Shown here: positions 1 through 7,810 of the stretch, in pieces | Numbering within the stretch: position 1 is the stretch's first letter | Layout of the letters: the number at the start of each line of letters is the position of its first letter | Assembly: GCA_016839785.1 (NCBI GenBank) | Contig: JAEOTQ010000099.1 | Coordinates: 1 to 23,772 of the forward strand | Direction: 5' to 3' | Source of the DNA: Candidatus Hodarchaeota archaeon | Lineage (GTDB): Archaea; Asgardarchaeota; Heimdallarchaeia; Hodarchaeales; Hodarchaeaceae | DNA length: 23,772 nucleotides | The notes under the pieces: model-generated | What the model saw: only the letters and a program-made list of their open reading frames with translations | Database searches by the model: none | Told to the model about the DNA's origin: nothing | Translations under genes and position numbers: made by a program

Positions 1-789
1 ATTTCTGCTGAAGTTAATGAATGGATGTATTCAAGCATAAAAAAGGATTTACATTTCAATTCCATTACAGGAGGATCTGACCTGAATGCTATCTTTGCTG
101 GTGGATGCCCTATCCTTCCAGTATATGCGGGTCAACTTCAAGCCAATGCTTTAGGGATGCGGATTGAAGCTTATGACGAAGTGGGAAATCCAATCCGAGA
201 CCATCAAGCTGAACTTGTATGTGAAAATCCTTCTCCTAGTATGCCTCTCTTCTTTTGGGACGATCCAGACCATCAACGATATAAAAGTGCATATTTCAAT
301 TTTTTTGATAAGTTAGACAAGGAGGTTTGGAGACATGGAGATTATATCATTATTCACAGTGATACGGGTGGAATGACCGTGTTAGGACGCTCTGATGCTG
401 TGTTAAAACCGTCTGGTGTTAGGATTGGCACATCAGAAATTTATAATCTTGTTGAAGCTCTTCCTGAAGTGGCAGATAGTCTAGCAATCGGTCAGAAATG
501 GAAGAACGATCAAAGAATAATTTTATTTGTGAAGCTTACTCCGAATGCTGTTCTCACTACGGAGTTGAAATCAAAAATTAAGAAAACTTTAAGATCAAGA
601 GCGTCCCCTAGACATGTCCCCTCAATCATTCTTGAAACACCAGATATTCCTTATACTTTTAGTATGAAAAAAGTCGAGATGGCAGTTACTAATATCATTC
701 ATGGAAACCCTGTTACAAATCGAGATGCTCTCTCTAATCCAGATGCGTTAGACTACTATGAGAAGATCCGTCCAAATCTCAATAAATAG
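1..789 (+). CDS. Acetoacetate--CoA ligase (acetoacetyl-CoA synthetase, AMP-binding family), 5'-truncated by the window edge
   Basis: The frame is open from base 1 (ISAEVNEWMY...). Motifs SITGGSD...GGCPILPVYAGQLQ, ELVCENPSPSMPLFFWDD, VWRHGD, GRSDAVLKPSGVRIGTSEIY, SPRHVP and NRDALSNP are characteristic of acetoacetyl-CoA synthetases. Confidence 0.9.
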   Translation: MSAEVNEWMYSSIKKDLHFNSITGGSDLNAIFAGGCPILPVYAGQLQANALGMRIEAYDEVGNPIRDHQAELVCENPSPSMPLFFWDDPDHQRYKSAYFNFFDKLDKEVWRHGDYIIIHSDTGGMTVLGRSDAVLKPSGVRIGTSEIYNLVEALPEVADSLAIGQKWKNDQRIILFVKLTPNAVLTTELKSKIKKTLRSRASPRHVPSIILETPDIPYTFSMKKVEMAVTNIIHGNPVTNRDALSNPDALDYYEKIRPNLNK

Positions 790-927
790 ATGAGAATTTC
801 GTCAATAGAATAAGTAGATGTAGGTTTTATTCGGAAAACATTATGGTATTTCTGGACAAATGTAAAACGATTTTAGAAGAGATAAATACAAAAATATTCT
901 ACAATTCACTTTATTTGGTGAATTATT

Positions 928-1326
928 ATGGTGGAAATCTTACGTAAAAAAATATCTGGAATGTCATTTGATGACGCTGTTGATCATGTACAAACCATTG
1001 TAGCCAATGAAGGATTTACTGTATTGTTAACCAAAGCAATCGATCAAGTAATCGAAAAGAAACTTGGTGTCAAAGATTATCCTCGATATACGAGTATCAT
1101 GGCATGCGGTGCAGATCTAGCAAAAGCCGCTTTAGATGTACATAAAGATGTCGGGACGTTATTCCCCTGTAGCTTTGTCGTTTATGAAGAAAACTCTGAA
1201 ATTATGGTTGCTCATGTATCAATTATGAAAATCGCAGCTGAATTAGGATTTGCTTCTCAAGAAGCAATGGCACCTGTGATCAAGAAAACTGGTGAACGGG
1301 TTCATGCTGCGTGGGATAAAATTTAG
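928..1326 (+). CDS. DUF302 domain protein
   Basis: 132 aa. The pattern SFDDAV...EGFTVL...IDQ...KKLG...Y.I.ACG..A..AL......GTLFPCSFVVYE matches DUF302. A GGTGA SD-like motif lies upstream. Confidence 0.85.
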   Translation: MVEILRKKISGMSFDDAVDHVQTIVANEGFTVLLTKAIDQVIEKKLGVKDYPRYTSIMACGADLAKAALDVHKDVGTLFPCSFVVYEENSEIMVAHVSIMKIAAELGFASQEAMAPVIKKTGERVHAAWDKI

Positions 1327-1344
1327 CTAAATATACATAACACT

Positions 1345-1370
1345 ACATTCTTTCCTTTTTATTTTCTTCC
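1345..1370 (+). terminator. Probable archaeal oligo-T terminator after the DUF302 gene
   Basis: T-rich tract TTCTTTCCTTTTTATTTTCTT about 20 nt after the stop codon. Confidence 0.45.
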
Positions 1371-1436
1371 CACTCCTGAAATTTTTTCTACGAATCGTTA
1401 AATATTCCCCTCCCAATCGAAAAAACGGGAGTTTTA

Positions 1437-2012
1437 ATGAGCAAAAACATTACAATCCGTGATTACAAAGAGGGAGATTGGCCATCTGTCAAGTTAGTTT
1501 TACTAGAATCAGATATTTACACTGCATATGGTTCTACAGTCCTTAAAAGTGAAAAAGGTAGAATAGATTTTTATGCTCAAGTTCCTGAAAAGGGAAAAGT
1601 CTTTACTGCGTGTATTACTAACCCTTCATCTAGTGAGAAAGATGATCAAGATGAGAACACAGAGCTAGAAGAGACTCGCGAATCAATCGTTGGGTATGCA
1701 GTTATTGATTTCTTTAGTCGTGGTATTTTCATATTATCGCTTATCATTGGGAAGGAATACCGCGGTTTAGGTTATGGAAAGCAATTAATGGAACATATCA
1801 AGAGGTTTGCTAAAAAGAATACTCAGTACACAATTTTACGTGGATTTGCAGGTGAACAGCTAGTCAATGTTCATACCTTTCTATTAAAACAAGGATTTAG
1901 AGCCTGTGGTTTTGTCGAACATGATTTATCTTGGAATCACTCGACTATTCATTATGTCTTTTCTCTTCGAGAGGAAAAAGATGAAGAACAGGAGTTTTTA
2001 ATTTCCGCTTAA
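1437..2012 (+). CDS. GNAT family N-acetyltransferase
   Basis: N-terminal ITIRDYKEGD, acetyl-CoA-binding motif A (IIGKEYRGLGYGKQLM) and motif B (FLLKQGF). Confidence 0.85.
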   Translation: MSKNITIRDYKEGDWPSVKLVLLESDIYTAYGSTVLKSEKGRIDFYAQVPEKGKVFTACITNPSSSEKDDQDENTELEETRESIVGYAVIDFFSRGIFILSLIIGKEYRGLGYGKQLMEHIKRFAKKNTQYTILRGFAGEQLVNVHTFLLKQGFRACGFVEHDLSWNHSTIHYVFSLREEKDEEQEFLISA

Positions 2013-2040
2013 ATCTCTGAAAGGACTGATTTCTTTCTGC

Positions 2041-2607
2041 TTATTCGGAATATTGATCAAAAGAAGTAAATTCTTTAACAGACTTTCGCATGGGCCTTCG
2101 TCCTTCGTTTTCGCGTTGTTTTTCACTCATTTCCTCTGGAAAAACGGAAGTGTGTTTACCTACAATTATTAAAGTTATTAACGAGTAGTCTTTGGGAATC
2201 TTAAGAATTTCTTTGGCTTTTTCAAGGTTAAATCCAGCGATAGGGTGTGCAACTAATCCCATTTCTGATAGTAGTAAGATTAGATACGCTGTGGCCATTC
2301 CTGTATCAAATAAAAAATAAGGATCCCGTCCAGATATTTGACAGTCTAAGCTTACTTCTGAATATACAGCTACAATCATTGAAGCGTTTTTAGCCCACGC
2401 ATTACCTCTACTTAAGGCGGTAAATAATGATTGGAGAATCACAGGATTTTGAACAAATATGTAGCGCCAAGGTTGGTTATTATTACAGCTCGGAGTTAGT
2501 GAAACAAGTCCAGCAACTTTCTTAACATCTTCGGGGGAAATTTCTACGGATTCAAGAGCTCGATATGCTCTTCGTGATTGAATTATTGAGTCAAGCATCG
2601 TTAACAT
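2041..2607 (-). CDS. Nitroreductase family protein (FMN-dependent)
   Basis: SRRAYR, TPSCNNNQPWRYIFV, DTGMA..YLIL....GL..HPIAGF and LITLIIVG..R..RK motifs. Confidence 0.92.
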   Translation of the reverse strand: MLTMLDSIIQSRRAYRALESVEISPEDVKKVAGLVSLTPSCNNNQPWRYIFVQNPVILQSLFTALSRGNAWAKNASMIVAVYSEVSLDCQISGRDPYFLFDTGMATAYLILLLSEMGLVAHPIAGFNLEKAKEILKIPKDYSLITLIIVGKHTSVFPEEMSEKQRENEGRRPMRKSVKEFTSFDQYSE

Positions 2608-2702
2608 CTATCCCAGAATTTCATTAATTATTGACTAGCCAAGAAAACGACCTTCTTTAAGGACTCTTCCTCTTTTTTCAGAACTCTGAGATGAAAGGTT
2701 TC

Positions 2703-5700
2703 CTACTTCTTTTTCTCTTTCATCCGTTTTTTCTTTTCTTTCGGATCAAATAACGATGTCATATCATCTAGAATTCCATCAAATAAATCCCCAAAAGCTT
2801 CTTGACTTTGCTCATCACTAAGTGTTATTCCCTCATTTTGGATTGTCGCAGCGTGTTGTGATAATGCGTTATACTCTGATGATCCAACTGGAAATTTTGA
2901 AGCGGTTTTTAAGCAAAATGTAACAATTTCGGATAAGCCATCATTGTCCTCTAGTTCTTGAAACATATCTGTTGACTTGAAAAGTTGATCTATTGTGTCA
3001 GTAATGTTACCTTCTGTAAAAGCTATTTTAGCAGATGTTAAAAGAAATTTTGCTTCCTCTTGCTTAAGATTATTATCCTTGAAATGTTTTAACAGATTCT
3101 CTCTTTCAGAAATTGCCAGTTGATTGCCAACAGGAGATCTATACAATTCTTCATAAATTTCAGCAATTTTTGTTGAATAACGACTTGTCCCTTTTTCTCC
3201 AAAGGCTTTCAAGTTATTCGATGCTGTATTAATGAGAGCGATTGCTGTTTCTGGATCTTCCTCTAGTAGACTTCTACCTGCGGAATAGAACATATTAGTT
3301 ATTTCCACAAGAAGATCTTCCAGTTTTTTTTCTATACTTAGCTGGAGACTCTTTTCACCCCATTCTAGTAATGAAGCAAAATCTCCCATCATGAGGAGAA
3401 ATTTTGCACGTTCGATACTATACGCAATGACTTCCTCTACATTATCAATAACTGAATTAAGTTCTATAATCTGATTAAAAAGTTGAATCACAGCAGGTTG
3501 ATTCTGCTCTTCTTTGTATACTGTTAATCCATGTTCTCTTATTTCTGAGCAAATTGATGTTATTAATTCTGTTGAATTTTCAAGGCTATTAGCTACTTCA
3601 CCTGCTTGATTCCACATTGTTAAGGCGAGATCTAAACGAAGAGGTGCAAAAAGTATTGCATTGTCTTTGTACAATCGCATAGCTTGTTTCTTCATATCAG
3701 CTTCACTGAGAATTTGAAAAAGAGCCTGAAGAATAGCCCACGCCTCTTCAAATTGTTCGTCATGAATCCGAGATTTCTGATCTCGATCAAGTAATGCGAC
3801 AACTTTCTCGGTGAATTCTTCATTTTCAGCATCTAGGCGTTTCAAAAAAGAGAATGTTTGACCATATATTGTGATAGCTTTTTGGTAATCCTCCTTCTCG
3901 GAGGACAATTTTTCCATAATTGGCCAAATGAAGGAGATAAATTGGTCTGGTTTGTTGATTTTTTCGTGGAAATTTAAACTTAAGAGAATCATTTCGGTAA
4001 GGTGAAGTGTATCATCTAGTTTCAAAATAAAGTTGTTAGTCCATTCAACTATCTCTTCTAAATGTGGATGTGATTTATTTTCCTCAAAATATACAGTAAA
4101 AGTTTTCAAAAGAAAATTGTTTATCTCAGTAAAATATTCTGGTTCCACAGCGCTTTCAGCTAGGTTTTGAACAAATGGAAAGAGAAAAGCATTGAAAATA
4201 GCCCTTTTGTGTACAAGAGAAGCAATTGTCTCTAGCTGGTTAATAATAAACAGCTTAGCGGAAAGTAAAGAAGCAGAAAGAGTTTGATCCATTAAATATT
4301 GAAGATTTCTTAGAACAATCTGTTCTAGCTCGGTCTCATTCGCCGCTAATTGGGTCGATTTCGAAATTAATTCAACCGCTACCTTTGGATTCTTCTCTAA
4401 TAATAATGATCCAATTTTGAAATAGAAATCTGCGGCAAGTTCCTTATTGTATGATGAATAAACTGTAAATGTTTGTTCAGCGTAACCTGAAGCAAGTTCC
4501 ATCAAGTTGCTGTTAATTGATTTGTATGTAGTCGCAGCTAATACTTCTCCATGCTTTTCTTTCGAGATAGCTGCCCCCGTTTTGCTGATCAAATAGAGAA
4601 ATTTCTGAAGATCATCTCTCATACTCGTATCCTGAGAAAAAAATGGATCTGACCTTTCAATAAGGTAGTCGATTAGCGATTGCAATTTTTCAGTCGCTTG
4701 TAGTGTTTCAAAATTTCCCTGAGCACGTTCCAAGAAGTCATATTCATACGAAATTTTTCCTTCTTGACCAAGAGTTTGAGCAAATGAAAATGCCGTATCT
4801 CCTGCCATTTCAATATCCCCGAAGTATGTAAACAAATCTACAATAGAGATTAATTGGGTTGCTGCATCATCAAGTTTTCCTTCACTCAGTAGATCTCCAA
4901 AATTACTCTGAAGAAATGTAGTGATTTCTCTTGCTTTCCCAGACTCTTGATATAAATCCCACCATATTTGTGCACAATATTCGAAATAAGGAAGGGCCTG
5001 TATTCTAAGCTTTTTTGTAAACATCAATTGACCATAATTAAACAGATATTCCGTAGTTTGATCAACAATCTCATTATAGTTCGATTTTGAGAGATTAATT
5101 CGTTGGAGTAAATAATGAATACCCTTGTTATTCTGGAATTCAATCGAACCTTTTTTGACTAACAGCATACGTGAGTTAATAACATTATCAGAAATTGTTG
5201 TTCCTTGTTCAAATAAATACGTTAGAATATTTTCAATAATTTCTTGGTTGTCGTGAGTGACTGCAGCGTCAAAAGCATCTGTAATTGTAGAATTAAAGTC
5301 TTCTAGATGATTGGCCTTATCATATATCTGAGCAAGTGACCATAGAAAGGGAGCAACTCTTTTTGGATCATCTGCTTCAAGAAAACCTGCACTTGCAGTT
5401 TTTTGCAACACTCGTGCAATATCGAGCTGTTTTTGAACTTTTTCCAGGGCTTTTAGAGCAAGTATTTGCGCAATTCGGAGAGAAAGTTCCTTTTGAGGAT
5501 AGGGAAGAACATCGGCATTCTGAGACTTAAAAAATCTCATTAAATTCGCTGTATCTTCCATCGCTTCTGCAGGTCGATTTATATCAATGAACCTGTTGAT
5601 CTTTTCAAGTTTCACCTCTAAAATCTTATCCATCACACTTTTATCAAGTACTACCATCTGATAATTTTCTATTGCTTTGTTGAATAGGTTGACACCTTTG

Positions 5701-6173
5701 TTATACTTTTCTTCTTTTCCTAGGAGATGACCGGGTGCTAAAAATTGCTTTCCAAAGTTAAAATAGGTGTCTCCAATATCCTGACTTATTTCATAGGCAA
5801 CAGTTTGATTATCCGCTAGCTGATATAATTCTAATGCCCAAGATAATACTTTCAGTTTGTCTTCTGGTTTAAGATCGTCAATTGTATCTCGCATCCTACC
5901 TGATAGATCCAGAAATGTGGGAAGGAGTTCTTTAATCGCTTTCTGTTGTTCTTCGTGTAATAACTGCTGATAATATTGTTTTGCATAGTCAAACATCAAG
6001 GAATTTTTTCCTGTTTTTTGGGAGGAAAAAAACGCCTTGTTATAGAGTTTCAGACTTCTTTGACCATCTGGGATACTTTTGGCAACTTGGAGATATGTTT
6101 TTGCAGCTTTTTCGAAATTTCCTGCAGATTCAAAAGCTTGGGCTTTTTCTAATTCCTTTTGAACTTCAGACAT
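2703..6173 (-). CDS. Large all-helical repeat protein (TPR/alpha-SNAP-like solenoid), function unknown
   Basis: 1156-aa ORF, acidic and rich in Leu, Glu, Ala and Phe. Helix-pair patterns include AQAFESAGNFEKAAKTYLQVA, DLFTYFGDIEMAGDTAFSFAQ and EEAKFLLTSAKIAFTEGN. No signal peptide or transmembrane helix is visible. Confidence 0.75.
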   Translation of the reverse strand: MSEVQKELEKAQAFESAGNFEKAAKTYLQVAKSIPDGQRSLKLYNKAFFSSQKTGKNSLMFDYAKQYYQQLLHEEQQKAIKELLPTFLDLSGRMRDTIDDLKPEDKLKVLSWALELYQLADNQTVAYEISQDIGDTYFNFGKQFLAPGHLLGKEEKYNKGVNLFNKAIENYQMVVLDKSVMDKILEVKLEKINRFIDINRPAEAMEDTANLMRFFKSQNADVLPYPQKELSLRIAQILALKALEKVQKQLDIARVLQKTASAGFLEADDPKRVAPFLWSLAQIYDKANHLEDFNSTITDAFDAAVTHDNQEIIENILTYLFEQGTTISDNVINSRMLLVKKGSIEFQNNKGIHYLLQRINLSKSNYNEIVDQTTEYLFNYGQLMFTKKLRIQALPYFEYCAQIWWDLYQESGKAREITTFLQSNFGDLLSEGKLDDAATQLISIVDLFTYFGDIEMAGDTAFSFAQTLGQEGKISYEYDFLERAQGNFETLQATEKLQSLIDYLIERSDPFFSQDTSMRDDLQKFLYLISKTGAAISKEKHGEVLAATTYKSINSNLMELASGYAEQTFTVYSSYNKELAADFYFKIGSLLLEKNPKVAVELISKSTQLAANETELEQIVLRNLQYLMDQTLSASLLSAKLFIINQLETIASLVHKRAIFNAFLFPFVQNLAESAVEPEYFTEINNFLLKTFTVYFEENKSHPHLEEIVEWTNNFILKLDDTLHLTEMILLSLNFHEKINKPDQFISFIWPIMEKLSSEKEDYQKAITIYGQTFSFLKRLDAENEEFTEKVVALLDRDQKSRIHDEQFEEAWAILQALFQILSEADMKKQAMRLYKDNAILFAPLRLDLALTMWNQAGEVANSLENSTELITSICSEIREHGLTVYKEEQNQPAVIQLFNQIIELNSVIDNVEEVIAYSIERAKFLLMMGDFASLLEWGEKSLQLSIEKKLEDLLVEITNMFYSAGRSLLEEDPETAIALINTASNNLKAFGEKGTSRYSTKIAEIYEELYRSPVGNQLAISERENLLKHFKDNNLKQEEAKFLLTSAKIAFTEGNITDTIDQLFKSTDMFQELEDNDGLSEIVTFCLKTASKFPVGSSEYNALSQHAATIQNEGITLSDEQSQEAFGDLFDGILDDMTSLFDPKEKKKRMKEKKK

Positions 6174-6231
6174 GGTGAAACAACACTAATCCTCCTCAAG
6201 AAATTAGGGATTTGATAAAGGTAACCCAAAA

Positions 6232-7542
6232 CTAGAAGAGAAATAATACAAAAACATAAACTGCCATTGCGCTCAGATGTATTCCAGTGATTGTTAGTCC
6301 ATACCTAATATAATCCATGAAAGATATAGAAACTCCCTCTCTATTACTCATTTCCATAATATAAATACCTTTTACACTACTAATGAGAATAACTGAATCT
6401 GTAATATTCACTACTGCAAGAATTGTCCACCAAACAATTCTCGGGTCTGTGTTCGTACTTAAAAGGTCTATTACGGGCCGTAACAGGAATATCAGAGGAA
6501 TATTTTCAATTATACTAGTTAGGGCGCCTAGGACTCCTGAAAAAGTCACAATCCCAATTTCTGGGGAGATTTGGAGTAGTTGTAGGATTGGTGCTTCTAG
6601 AAGTAAGGGTAATTCGGTTAATTGAATTAATCCTGACATAATGAATATTCCAGTTAAAAAGAAAAGCATAGGCCAATCAACTGCCCGTATAAATGAGTCT
6701 ACGTGATCAGAGAAAAAGATTAATACAAGAACTCCACCTCCAATGCAAATTATATCCACACTGAATCCAATTGATGTTCCTATAGCTAGGAATATTGTAA
6801 CGACAATGAAAATGACAGAGGCTTTATAGAAGTCTCTACGTGAATCAACAAAACTCCATGGATCAATTGTTTGAAGAAGACGTTGGAGTTCCAATCCAAA
6901 AGATACTTCTTTTTCTTTCATAGCCATGAATGACTCTTTAAACATAAAATAAGTCACTGGTATTGTTAAGAGAACCATCATAAATACAAATGGAACACTA
7001 AGAATTAAAAAATCGAAATAAGACCAATTTTGTTCTAATGAAACATAGGCTGCAGTATAAGAAGCAATTGGAGTTAGCATGCCAGCAAGGTTGGAATACA
7101 CTAGTTCTAAAAATAATATAGGCTTAGGATCAAATTCGGCTATTGTGGCTATCAAAATTGTGATGGAAGATACAATGATTAAGGCTAAAACATTGGTTAT
7201 CATCATACTCAGCACTAATACAGAAAGTGATAAAATCATTGTGAGAACATAGAAGGAACCCCGAATACTTCTTAAAATGTAGAGTATAAACACTTCTAAT
7301 AACCCTGAGGATTTTAACATTTCCATTATTATCGTTACGCCAACAATGGTCATTATAAGTTCAATATCAATCCATTGGTATACTATATGAATTTCTTGAA
7401 TAAGATCAACTGAAATGGCAATCATCACCGTTATTACCACCCCAACTAAGGTGATAGATACCTTATCAATTTTCTCTGAAGCAATAGTAACGAGTATGAC
7501 AAAGAAAATTCCTGTTAGAACCAGCCCTGTAAGAACATCCAC
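6232..7542 (-). CDS. ArsB/NhaD/SLC13 (ion transporter superfamily) permease
   Basis: About 12 hydrophobic segments with IT-superfamily motifs (EKIDKVSITLVG, IDIELI, SMMITNV, SNLAGMLTPI, VDWPMLFFLTGIFIM, SIIENIP, ISFMDYIRYG). GTG start, position uncertain. Confidence 0.85.
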   Translation of the reverse strand: MDVLTGLVLTGIFFVILVTIASEKIDKVSITLVGVVITVMIAISVDLIQEIHIVYQWIDIELIMTIVGVTIIMEMLKSSGLLEVFILYILRSIRGSFYVLTMILSLSVLVLSMMITNVLALIIVSSITILIATIAEFDPKPILFLELVYSNLAGMLTPIASYTAAYVSLEQNWSYFDFLILSVPFVFMMVLLTIPVTYFMFKESFMAMKEKEVSFGLELQRLLQTIDPWSFVDSRRDFYKASVIFIVVTIFLAIGTSIGFSVDIICIGGGVLVLIFFSDHVDSFIRAVDWPMLFFLTGIFIMSGLIQLTELPLLLEAPILQLLQISPEIGIVTFSGVLGALTSIIENIPLIFLLRPVIDLLSTNTDPRIVWWTILAVVNITDSVILISSVKGIYIMEMSNREGVSISFMDYIRYGLTITGIHLSAMAVYVFVLFLF

Positions 7543-7587
7543 TGGAGGTACCCACTTCCTTCTGATTATAGGAAGATCTGACTGTAA

Positions 7588-7680
7588 TTACCAATCTCCG
7601 TTTTTAACGATATTGAATGTATTTTCTTGTACAGATACTTTGAGTCTTTTCTTTGTAATACTCATCACTTTTCTTACCAT
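7588..7680 (-). CDS. Putative 30-aa upstream ORF (MVRKVMSITKKRLKVSVQENTFNIVKNGDW), in frame with the downstream permease
   Basis: ATG at 7680 is preceded by a GGGAGGGA SD-like motif. It ends at TAA 7590-7588 and is in the same frame as 6232..7542. Confidence 0.3.
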   Translation of the reverse strand: MVRKVMSITKKRLKVSVQENTFNIVKNGDW

Positions 7681-7810
7681 ATGAATCCCTCCCTAATTAC
7701 CCTAAACCAGAAAAAAACAAGCCTTTCTAGTGTGCACTGAACGATTCACTCTTAAATACACTATTCCTAAAGCTCTATTATTAAGAATCCAGTCGACTAC
7801 AGTGAATTTC

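Noticed and set aside
652-681. TFSMKKVE instead of TxSGK in the ligase A10 motif
   Set aside because: The catalytic Lys is retained, and the substitution looks like ordinary subfamily variation rather than inactivation.
7730-7810. 27-codon N-terminal extension of the FtsX permease from GTG 7730
   Set aside because: The family-typical N-terminus begins at ATG 7811, and the upstream stretch contains TATA-like sequence, so it is more likely promoter.
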